DNA of 64,000 bases from an alpha proteobacterium BAL199 (GTDB taxonomy: Bacteria; Pseudomonadota; Alphaproteobacteria; Thalassobaculales; Thalassobaculaceae): positions 104,340 to 168,339 of the forward strand of contig ABHC01000013.1 in NCBI GenBank assembly GCA_000171835.1. The letters are read 5' to 3'. The first letter of the stretch is position 1, and each line of letters opens with the position of its first letter. A model generated the notes under the pieces. That model was not told where the DNA came from and did not search any database. It worked only from the letters and a program-made list of their open reading frames with translations. This document shows, in pieces, positions 21,001 through 33,000 of this stretch. Made by a program: the position numbers and the translations under genes.

Positions 21001-24000
21001 CGGGGACGCGGCCCGGTCGGTGCTGGTGCTCAACATGCATCACAGCATCGGTGACGGCGCGTCGGTCCCGATCCTGATGCGGGAACTGTCGGCGTTCTAT
21101 GCCTCCGCAGGCGCCACCACCACCGGCGACGGAATCTCGCCGCTCGCGATCCAGTACCGCGACTATGTCGCCTGGTTCGAGACGTGGCTGAAAACGCCGA
21201 CGGCCGAGGAGGATCGGGCCTATTGGGTGGCTCGGCTGTCGGGGATGGGCGATTCGCTGGACCTGCCGACGGATCGGCCGCGCGGACTCGGCACCAGCGG
21301 ACGCGGCGGGCAGATCGCCCGGGAGTTCGGGTCGGCCGGCCGCGGGCTGTTGGCGCTCGCCGTCGAAGCGCGCACGACGCCGCTGGCGGTCCTGATCGCC
21401 TTGGTACGGGCGGTGCTGCATCGCTACACCGGCGCGACCGACATCACCCTCGGCACGGTGGTATCGGGGCGCGACGAGCCCGGGCTCGAGGACCAGATCG
21501 GCTTCTTCGTGAACACGCTGGCGCTGCGCGATCCGATCGACGGCGCGGACCGGTTCGCCGACGTGGTCGCCCGATCCGCCGGCACCCTCGGCGAGGCGCT
21601 GGCCCACGCCACCTATCCGTTCGAGCGGATCGTCGACGCGCTCGCCATCGGCCGGGAGCCGGGACGCACTCCGCTGTTCGACGTCCTGGTGACGATGGAG
21701 GAGGAGCTGCCCCGGCCGGTGTTCGGATCGGCGTCGGTCAGCCGGCTCGGCGACCTGGCCGTCAGCCGCCATTTCGACCTGACGTTCTTCTTCCGCGCGA
21801 CGGATGACGGGCTGGCGCTGGTCGTCGAGTACGACGGCGACCTGTTCGATGCCTGGCGCATCGCCCAACTCTGCGACCATCTGGAAACCTTCGCCGGCAA
21901 CGCGGTGGCCGCGCCGGAGCGCCCGATCCTCGATCTCGATATCCTGCGGCCCCAAGAACGCGATCGGCTGATCCGCGGGTTCAACCAGACCGCCACCGAC
22001 TATCCCCGCGACGCCAGCATCACCGAGCTGTTCCGCGCGCAGGCGGCCCTGTCGCCCGACGCCCCGGCCGTGCGCGAGGCCGGCGGCAACGCGCTCACCT
22101 ACGGGATGCTGGAGCGGCGCTCGAACCGGGTGGCCCACCGGCTGGTCGACGAGGCGGGCGTGGCGCCGGGCGATCTGGTCGGCCTGATGGCGACGCGGTC
22201 CTGCGACCTGATCGTCGCCCAGCTCGCGATCCTCAAGGCGGGGGCGGCCTTCGTGCCGATCGACCCGGACTACCCCCGGGGCCGGATCGACGCGATGCTC
22301 ACAGCGGTGGAGATCCGCTGTCTGATCGTCCAGGACGATGCCCCGATCGCGGTCCCCGATCGCTGCCGGCGGGTCCCGCTCTCCGCCCTCGATGGCGAGG
22401 CGGCCGAGGGACCGGACCGGCACCCGTCGGCCGAGGATCTGGCCTATGTGATGTTCACCTCCGGGTCGACCGGCCAGCCGAAGCCGGTGGCGGTGCCGCA
22501 TCGGGCGGTGGTCCGGCTGGTGCGCGACACCAACTTCGTGGCGCTGGGCGGCGACGACCGACTGTTGCTGACCGGCGCGCTGTCGTTCGACGCCACCACG
22601 TTCGAGATCTGGGGCATGCTGTTGAACGGGGGGACCCTGGTCCTCGCCGACTCCCGCCTGATCCTGGACGCCCGCGACCTCGGCCGGCTGTTGGCGGAGG
22701 AGCGGATCACCACCCTGTGGCTCACCAGCAGCCTGTTCAACCACATGGTCGACCAGGGGGCGGACCTGTTCGCGCCGCTGCGCACCCTGCTGATCGGCGG
22801 CGAGCGGCTGTCGCCGCCCCACGTGGCGGCGGTGCGCCGCCGGCTGCCGGCCTTGCGCCTGCTGAACGGCTACGGGCCGACCGAGAACACCACCTTCTCC
22901 CTGGTGCACCCGATCGACGCGGTCGAGGACGGGCGGGACATCCCGATCGGCCGCCCCATCGCCAACAGCCGGGCCTATATCCTCGGCCCCGGCGACCGTC
23001 TGGCACCGGTCGGCGTGGTCGGCGAGATCGTGGTCGGCGGCGACGGCCTTGCCCGGGGCTATCTCGGCCAGGACGCGCTGACGGCCGAGCGCTTTGTCGA
23101 TCATCCGGAGCTGGACGGCGAACGGGTCTATCGGACCGGCGATTTCGGGTGCTGGCTGCCCGACGGCAGCATCGCCTATCTCGGCCGGCGCGACCGCCAG
23201 ATCAAGATCCGCGGCGTGCGGATCGAAATCGGCGAGGTGGAAGCGGCGTTGCGCGCGCAAGCAGGGGTCGAGCGCGCCGCCGTCACCACGCGGGAGCGGG
23301 CCGGCGTCCCCGAACTCGTCGCCTATGTGACCGGCGATCTGGCGATGGACACCGACGCGGTCCGCCGGGATCTGCACACCCTCCTGCCGAAAGCGATGGT
23401 GCCCGCGCATGTCCTGAAGATCGACAGCCTGCCGCTCGACGGAAACGGCAAGCTGGACTACGCCGCTCTTCCCACCCCCACACCGGCCACCCCCACACCG
23501 GCCACCCCCACACCGGCCACCCCCACACCGGCCACCCCCACACCGGCCACCCCCACACCGGCCACCCCCACACCGGCCACCCCCACACCGGCCACCCCCA
23601 CACCGGCCACCCCCACCCCAACCACCGCATCCGAGTCAACCGCATCCCCCGACCGGGCCGCCAGCCGAGCCGCCAGCCGAACACCTGGCAATCCGCTTGA
23701 GACCGCGCTGATCGCCCTGTGGCGCGAGGTGCTGGAGCGCGACGCCGTCACGGTGGACGACAACTTCTTCGACCTGGGCGGCCATAGCCTGTCGGCGATC
23801 CGGTTGGCGCAGCGGATCCAGGAGACCCTCGGCATGTCCGTCGCCGTGCGCGACCTGTTCGCGATGCCGACCATCGCCGGGCTGGCCGCGCACCTGCTCA
23901 CCACGATGATGCGAGAGCGTCTGGGAACTCCCGCCGACCAACCACCAACCCACCCGGACCAGATCCACCCGCTGCCGCCCGCCGAAGACTACCCGGCGAC

Positions 24001-27000
24001 CGCGAACCAGCGCCGGCTGTGGTTCCTGCACCGCCTGGACGCGGGCCTGACCGCCTACAACATCGTCGGCGCATGGCGGCTTGACGGCGCGGTCGACACC
24101 GACGCCCTGCACGGCGCCCTTTCCCGGCTGGTCGCCCGTCACGAGGCGCTGCGCACGGTGTTCTCCGGGATCGACGGAGAGCCGCGCCAGCGGGTCCTGG
24201 ACACGGCCCCTCCACCGCTCTCGCTCGAAACCGTTGCAAGCGATGCCGAGGTCGAGGCGGCCCGCGACGCCGAGCTTGGCCATGTGTTCGATTTCGGCGC
24301 GCCGCTGCTGCGGGTCCGGCTGCTGCGGTGGACCGAAACGGCGTCGGTGCTGCTGGTGAACTGCCACCACCTGATCGCCGATGGCTGGTCGATGCGGGTC
24401 CTGCTGGATGAGTTGGCCGACGCTTACCGGACCCTGCGCCGGGGCGAGCTTCTTCGGGAAGGCCCGGCCCCGATCCAGTACAAGGACGCCGCCGCCTGGG
24501 CCGCCGCGCGCCAACGGGGCGGCGAGGGTCAAGCCGATCTGGACTACTGGCGGGAAACCCTGTCCGGCGATCTGGCAGCGCTGGAACTGCCGACCGATTT
24601 CCCCCGTCCGGCGCTCAAGAGCTATCGCGGCGCGGCGGTGCGGATCGGGGTCGACGCGGCGACTACAGCCGATATCCGAGCTCTATCGGAATCAAAAAAT
24701 ACAAGTTTATTCTGCATTCTATCGTCTTTAGTTAATGTTTTACTTTACCGATATACCGGACAGTGCGACATTCGCGTGGGCACACCGGTGGCGGGGCGTG
24801 GGCATCCGGGCCTGGATCGGGCCGTCGGGTTCTTCGCCGACACCGTCGTGTTGCGCAATCACCTCGACGCCGACGACGCCTTCAACACCCTGCTCGACCG
24901 GATGACGACCACGCTCGCAGACGCGCTGGCGCATCAGTCGACACCGTTCGAGCACGTGGTCGCCGCCGTCGGCGCCGACCGGGATCCGGCGCGATCGCCG
25001 TTCTTCGACGTCATGGTCACCCTGGCGGAGGCGGAGCGGCCGCTTGTCCTGGATGGACTGCGGGCCGTCGCAATGCCCCTGCCCGAGATCACGACACAGT
25101 TCGATCTGACCTTCCGGTTCCAGGACCTTGGCGAGACCCTGGCGCTGGAACTGTCCTACAATACCGACCTGTTCAGCGACGCCCGCATCACCCGGATGGC
25201 CAACCATCTGAAGACGCTGATACGCGCGGCGGCGACCGACGGGACCCAATCCATCGCCCATCTGCCCTTGATGGCGGCGGCGGAGGCCGAGCAGGTCACC
25301 CGGGACTTCGCGTTCGACCGGGCCGCGGTCGATTGCTCCCCCAGCCTGGCGGCCTTGTTCGAGGCCCAGGCCGACCGCACCCCGTCGCGGCCGGCGGTGG
25401 TCGGCGACGACGGTAGTGTCGACTACCGGGCGCTGGACCATGCGGCCAACGGCTGGGCGGCGGCTCTGCTGGACCACGGTCTGCGGCCCGAAGAGCCGGT
25501 CGGGCTGGCGTTGCCCAGCGGATCGGTTGCGCTGATCGCGGCGATGCTCGGCATCCTGAAAGCGGGCGGCGCCTATGTGCCGCTCGACCCGAGACACCCC
25601 GCCGACCGGCTGCGCGCCATGATCGCCGATGCCGGCTGCCGGCTGGTGCTCACGGCCGAGACCCGGGATGCGTCGGGGCTTGCAGACTCCACCTTGATCC
25701 GCGCGCCCATCACCCCACGGGCCGACCGCCCGGCCCGGATCGACGGGGGCGACCGGCTCGCCTATATCCTGTTCACCTCCGGATCGACCGGCCGTCCGAA
25801 AGGCGTGATGGTCGAGCAACGGGCGGTGGTGAACCTGATCCACGGCCTGAACCGGGCGATCTACGACCCCCTGGCAACCACCGGACCGTTGCAGGTCGCC
25901 CAATTCGCCTCCGTGGTGTTCGACGCGTCGGTTCAGCAGATCTTTCCGGCCCTGCTGGCCGGCCACACCCTGCACCCGGTCGACGGAGCCCTGCGCCGTG
26001 ACGCGCCCGCCCTGCTGCGCTGGTTCCGCGCGCGCGGCATCAACGTCGCCGACGGCACGCCCACGCTCCTCGACATGCTGCTGGAGGCCGGTCTCGATCG
26101 CACACCGCTTCCGGATCTGCGCCACCTGATCCTGGGCGGTGAGCCGCTGTCGTCGGCAGCGCTCCGACGGCTGCGCGAGAACCCGTCGCTGGCGGGTCTC
26201 GCCGTCACCAACGCCTATGGACCGACCGAGACCACCGTCGATGCCACCTTGTTCGAGCTGCGCGGCGACGCTCCGCTCCCGGCGGTGATCCCGATCGGCA
26301 CCCCGCTGCCCAATGTCGAGGCGCTGATCCTGGACGCCAACGGCGAGCCGGTCCCGATCGGCGTGGCCGGGGAGCTGCATATCGGCGGCGCCGGTCTGGC
26401 GCGCGGATACGTGGCCGCCTCCCCAGCGGACAACGCCCGCTTCATCCCCCATCCCCACCGCGACGGCGAACGGCTGTACCGCACCGGAGATACGGCGCGG
26501 TGGTTGGAGGACGGCGCCATCGAGTTCCTTGGCCGGCGCGACGGGCAGATCAAGATACGCGGCCACCGGATCGAGGTCGGCGACGTGGAAGCCGCCCTGA
26601 AGCGTGCGCCGGGTATCCGTCACTGCGCGGTGGGTGTTCAACCCGGAGGACCTCGCCCCGCGCTGACCGCGTGGATCGTCGCGGACCGGGAGATCCCGAC
26701 GGCCGATCTGCGGCGCCATCTGGCCGGCCACCTGCCGGACGCGATGATCCCGGCGCGTTTCCAGGTCCTGCCGGCCCTCCCCCTGACCCCCAGCGGCAAG
26801 ATCGACCGAAAAGCCCTGGCCGCCATGCCCCTGGCCGCCATGCCCGTGACCACCATGCCCCCGGCCCGGCAGGACGGCGCGCCCGAGGTGCCGGAGAGCG
26901 CGCTTGAGGCCGGCATCGCGAAAATCTGGGAGGAGGTGCTGGGCCGGAGCGGGATCGGCCGCACCCTGAATTTCTTCGAGATCGGCGGCGACAGTGTGGG

Positions 27001-30000
27001 CGTGCTGCGGGTGCTGAGCCGGCTTGAGCACCGCCTGGGGATCGATGTTCCGGTCGACACCTTCTACCGGGCGCCGACCATCGCCGATCTGGCGGCCGCC
27101 GGGGCGGCGACCTCGATTGTGACGGCGCATCTCCAAACGGCGCATCCCCAAACGGCGGCGGCGACGGAAACCCTGGCCCCGTGTTCGGCGCTGACGCCCG
27201 CCCAGCACCGGTTGTGGGTGATCGCCGAGATGGATCCGGACAACGGCGGTTATGCGATGCCGGCCGCGTTCCAACTGGACGGCATGCTTGATGTGGCGGC
27301 CCTGCGGCGGGCGCTCGCGGTCCTGATCGAGCGCCACGAGCCGCTGCGCACCGTCTTCCCCATGATCGAGGGCGAGCCGCGCCAGAAAGTTCTTCCCCCC
27401 GCGCCGCTGACGCTGGATCCCGAGCTGGTGGCGGACCTGGACGCGGCGCGGGCGGCCATGGTCGCCGAGATCGCCCGGCCGTTCGACCTGGCGCACGGGC
27501 CGCTGCTGCGGTGCCGGCTGTTCCGCCTGTCGGAGCGGCGGCATCTGCTGCTGGTCTGCCTGCACCACATCATCGGCGACGGGCAGTCGCTAGCCGTCAT
27601 GGCCGGCGAACTCGGCCACGCGTACGACGCGCTCACCGCCGGTCGCGAACCGGCCCTGACACCGCTGCCGCTGACCTACCGCGCGGCGGCATCGGCCATC
27701 GCAGCCCGTCGTCAGGACCCGCGCGCCAAGGCCGATCGGGCGTATTGGCTGGACCGGTTCGCCGACCCGGTACCGCCCCTCGACCTGCCGACCGATTTCC
27801 CCCGATCGGCCGAAACCGGTTACGACGGCGGCGTCCATGTGGTGCCGGTCGACGCCGATGTGGCGGCCGGTCTTCGGGAGATGGCGCATCGATCCGGCGG
27901 GACCCTGTTCGCCGTGGTCCTCGCCCTGGTCGCCCGTCTGCTCCAGCGGGTGAGCGGGGCACGCGACCTGGTGATCGGCATCCCGGTCGCGGGGCGTTTC
28001 AACCCGGATTTCGAGCCGCTGGTCGGCCTGTTCGCCGAAACCTGTCCGGTGCGGATCACCGGCGACCCTGACGAGGATTTCGAGGCCCTGCTGACCCGCG
28101 TCGGTGCGACGGTGCGGGGGGCGATCGGCCACGACCGGTTCTCGTTCGACCAGTTGGTGGAAGACCTGGACGTTCAATCGCAGGCGGGCCGGTCGGCGCT
28201 TTACGATGTGATGGTCGCCGGCCAGGTCGGTGAGGCGGTCCCGCTCAGCCTGTCGGGCCTCACGGTCGACGCCGTTCCGCTCGGCCCCGCCGGCAGCCAG
28301 GTCGATCTGACCGTCAACGTGCTCGACCACGGGGGCGGGCTGGAGCTGTCGATCGTCTACCGTCGGCGCCTTTTCCGGGCGGAGCGGATCGCCGCATTCG
28401 CCGATGACCTGATCGCGCTGACCCGCGCGGTGGGGAGCTTGGATCGCGGGACAGCCAGCGTCGAGTCCCGCCTGCTCGCCCTGTGGCGGGAGGTTCTGGG
28501 TCGCGACGGGTTCGGCATCGACGACACGTTCCTCAGCGTCGGTGGTCACAGCCTGAAGGCGGCACGGCTGGTCCGGCGGATCTGGAGCGAGTTCGGGGCG
28601 AGCGTGAAGCTGCGCGACGTGTTCGCCCATCCGACCGTGCGATCCCTGGCGGCGCTGATCGAGGGGACCGAACCGGTGCCCTCGACCGCTGAGGCGCCCC
28701 CCGAGACGAGATCCCTCGGCGAGGCCGTGGCTCCCGCATCGGCGGCGCAGACACGGCTCTGGGTGCTGGCACAGATGGCGCCCGACCCGCGGGTCTACGC
28801 CATGGTGACGGCCCTGGAGCTGACCGGCCCGCTGAACGTCGCCGCCCTGGACCGGGCGTTCCAGGCGCTGGTGGCCCGTCATGAGGCGCTGCGGACCGTG
28901 TTCGAAACCGACGGCGACGGCGTCCTACGGCAACGCATCCAGCCCTCCGACGCCTGCGGCTTCCGCCTGGAGGTGGTGGACGGCGCGGCCGAAGGCCCGG
29001 ACGTGCCCGACTTCAACTTGGCCACCGGCCCCCTGTTCCAGGTGCGCCTGGAGCGGCGGGCGGCGGATCGCCATCGCCTGCGCATCGCCCAGCATCACAC
29101 GATCGGCGACGGCTGGTCCTGGACAGTGCTGGCGCGCGATCTGTCGGTGCTGTATCGCGCGGCCCTGGACAAGAGCGAGCCGGACCTCCCGGCGCTGGCG
29201 ATGCAGTATCGCCATGTCGAGGTGCAACGGTCCCGATGGCTCGACGGTCCGGGGGGAGCGGCGGCACGGCGGTTCTGGCTGGAGACCCTTTCCGGCGACA
29301 TCCCGCGCGTCAACCTGCCCGCGGACTTCCCCCGCCCGAAGCTCCAGAGCTTCGACGGCGCGCTGCATGCCTTCACCCTGCCGCCCCGAACCGCCGAGCG
29401 GCTGAAGGCCTTTGCCGAGGACCGGGGGGCGACGCTGTTCATGGGACTGCTGGCCGCCGTGAAGGCCCTGATCCATCGCTACACCGGGCTTGAGGACGTG
29501 GTGGTCGCCACCCCGGTCGCCGGCCGGGACGAGGCCGCGCTCGACGACCAGGTCGGGCTGTACATGAACACGCTCGCCCTGCGGACCCGCTTCAGCGCCG
29601 AGCGCGGCTTCGCGGCTTTGCTGGACGCCCTCCGCGACGGTGCCGCCGACGCTTTCGACCATCAGGGATACCCGTTCGACCGGCTTGTGGAAGATCTCGA
29701 CCTGCCCCGCGATCTCAGCCGCAACCCGGTGTTCGATGTGCTGGTCGCCCTGCAGAACCACGCGCCGGCCGAAGTCGATCTGGCCAGGGTCACCGCCCGC
29801 GCCGAGCCGGATGCGGGCGGGATCGCCAAGGTCGATCTCAGCTTCTATTTCACCGAGTCCGAGACCGGTATCGGTGCCTGGGTCGAGTACAACACCGGCC
29901 TGTTGCGCCCGGAGCGCATCCGCCGGCTGGAAGGCCATTTCCACACCCTGCTGGACAGCGCCCTCGCCGACCCCGAAGCCGCCCTCGGCCAGCTCGACAT

Positions 30001-33000
30001 CCTGACCACCGAGGAGGCTGGGGCGGAGCGGCGCTGGACCACTGCCGCGGACATCCCCGGACCGACCACCGTCGTCGATCTGTTTGAACGGCAAGCCGCC
30101 GCCAAGCCGAATGCCGTGGCGGTGCGCTGCCAGGGACGCCACGTCACCTATCGCACCTTAGACCGCTGGGCCGATCGGATCGCGGCCCGACTGCGTGCGC
30201 GCGCCGACCTGGCGCCCGGCGAGCGGGTCGCGGTCGACCTGCCCCGATCGGAAGCCTTGATCGCGGCGATGTTCGGAATCTGGAAGGCCGGACTGGTCCA
30301 TGTCCCGATCGCTCCGGGCGACCCGGCGGAGCGCAAGGCGTTCCTGATCGCCGACGCCGGATGCAAGGCGGTGATCGGCGGCGACGCGGACAGCATCGTG
30401 CCCCGCATCGATCCGACGAACGACCGCTCCAGGCCCACCGCTCGCGGTGCGGAATGCTCACCCGGCGACGTGGCCTACGTGTTCTACACCTCCGGGTCGA
30501 CCGGCAAGCCCAAGGGCGTGATGATCGAGCACCGCAACCTGGCTGCCTTCGCCCGGATTCTGCACGGGGCTTTCGGGATGCGGGACGGCGACGCGGTGTT
30601 CGCCCTGACCACCGCCACCTTCGACATTTCGATGCTGGAGCTGATCTGCCCGCTGACCCAGGGCTTGCGGGTGACCGTGGCCGACGATGCGACCGTAGCG
30701 GACCCGGCCCTCACCCTCGCCGATATCCGGGACAGCGGGGTGACGGTTCTGCAAGTCACGCCGTCCCGGCTCGCCCTGCTGCTCGCCCAGGATGGCGGGC
30801 TGGGCGCGGTCCGGTTGCTGTTGGTCGGCGGCGAGGCGCTCCCGGCGTACCTGGCCGCCTCCCTCCGCGCTCTGCATGGCCCGGACGGAAAACCGATCGC
30901 GGCGTTCAACGTCTACGGCCCGACCGAAACCACGATCTGGTCCACCGCGGAGGAGATCGGCGACGCGCCCCCCGGCATCGGCTGGGCCCTGCCCGGCGAG
31001 GTGGTGCTGATCCTCTCGCTCGCCGGTCGCCCGCAACCGGTCGGCGTGCCGGGGGAGATAGCGATCGCCGGCGCCGGGGTCGGGCGCGGCTATCTGGCGC
31101 GCGCGGATCTGACGGCGGAGCGGTTCACGGCGGACCCGACTCAGCCGGAGCGCCGGATGTACCGAACCGGCGACCTCGGCCTCCGGCGCGCGGATGGCGG
31201 GATCGAGTTTCTGGGCCGGGTCGACGATCAGGTGAAGCTGCGCGGATTCAGGATCGAGCCGGGCGAGATCGAGGCTGCGCTGACCGGCCACCCCTCGGTG
31301 CATCAGGCCAAGGTCGTCGTCCGCGACATCGCCGGCGCGCCGGAGCTGGTCGCCTATGTGGTGGCGCCGACATTGGACCTTCCGGGCCCCGGCGAGGCGG
31401 ACCTGCGCGCCCGGCTGCACGAAACCCTGCCGCCCCATATGGTGCCCATGGTGATCGTCGCCCTGGACGCCTTGCCGCTGCTACCGTCGGGCAAGATCGA
31501 CCGCAAGGCGTTGCCGAACCCCGAGGTCGCGCCGCCCGCGTCAGCGTCGGCGGCGGCCTTGGAGGGACCGGCGGACACGCTGGAGTCCGGTGTCCTGGCC
31601 CTGTGGCGAACGGTGCTGGCGCGTCCCCATGCCGGGCCGGATGACGATTTCTTCGACGGCGGCGGCCATAGCCTGCGCGCGGCCCAGCTCGCCAACCGGG
31701 TGCGCGAGACGTTCGGCGTCGCGTTCGGCCTGCGCGACGTGTTCCTGTTGCCGACGGCGCGTCGGATGGTGCGGGAGATCGCGCGCCGACGAACCCGGGA
31801 CCTGCCGCCGTTGGCGGCGGTGGCGACTGACGGCGACTACCCCCTGTCCCACGCCCAGCGCCGGCTGTTCGCCCTCGACCGCCTGGACCCGGGGGGCTGC
31901 GCCTACCTGATCGCCGGCGCCTTCCGGATTGCCGGGCCGCTCGATCGGAGCGCCCTGGAGCGGGCGATGGCGTGGCTCGTCGCCCGGCACGAGGCGCTAC
32001 GGACAAGCTTCAGGCTGATCGACGGCGACCCGCGCCAGGTCGTCGAGGCGGCACCGGCATTCACCCTGGGATACAGCGATCTTTCCAACGCCAAGGACCC
32101 CGAGGCGGACGCCGCGGCGATCGTCGGGACCGAGGCCCGGACGCCGATCCGCTCGGACGCCGCCCCGCTGTTTCGCGCGCACCTGCTGCGGGTGGCGCGG
32201 GATCGGCACATCCTCGCCTTCACGCTCCACCACCTGATCGCCGACGGCTGGTCCCTGGGCGTCCTGCTGGAGGATCTGGAGCACGCCTATGAGGCTTTTG
32301 CCAGCGACCATGCGCCGACGCGCCCCGCCCTGGCCCTGCACTACAAGGACTACGCGGCCTGGGAGCGGGTGCTTGCCACGACCGCCGCGCGGGAGCGCAG
32401 CCGCACCTACTGGCACACCCGCCTGGCCGGCCCCCTGCCGGTCCTGACCCTGCCCATGGCCAACGATCGGCCGGCCCGGCGCAGCGACCGGGGCGGCCAG
32501 GTGCCGTTCGCCATTACCTCCGAGCTCGGACGCGCCTTGTCGGAAAAGGGCCGCAAGCAGGGTGCGACCCTGTTCATGATGCTGCTGGCCGCGTCGGCCT
32601 CGTTGTTCCACCGACTGACCGGCGCGCGCGACATGATCCTCGGGTCGGTCACCGGCAACCGCGACCACTCGGATCTGGAGACCATGGTCGGCTGTTTCGT
32701 CAATCCGCTGCCGCTGCGCCTGGCGGTGTCGCCGGACGACACCCTCTCCACCGTGCTGGAGGGCGTGCGGACCGCTTCGCTGGAGGCGCTGGAGCACGGG
32801 ATCTACCCGTTCGACCAGTTGGTGCGCGAACTGGGCGCGGGCCGCGACGCCAGCCGGTCGCCGTTGTTCGATATCGGCCTCACCTGGAATGCCCTGCCCC
32901 ACATGGAACGGGATCGGTTCGCCGGGTTGGCCTTGAGCCCGTTCGGCGACGGCGCGCAGGCGGCGAAATACGATCTGCTGATTGTCGCCGGGCCGGACGG

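Noticed and set aside
23476-23625. Possible CRISPR array (regular short repeats)
   Set aside because: Units are contiguous 15-mers without spacers and lie in frame inside a CDS; the same holds for 53231-53320. No cas genes.
23283-23904. Minus-strand ORFs with (WGWPV)n and (AGVGV)n repeats
   Set aside because: Mirror images of the in-frame (PTPAT)n coding repeat on the plus strand.
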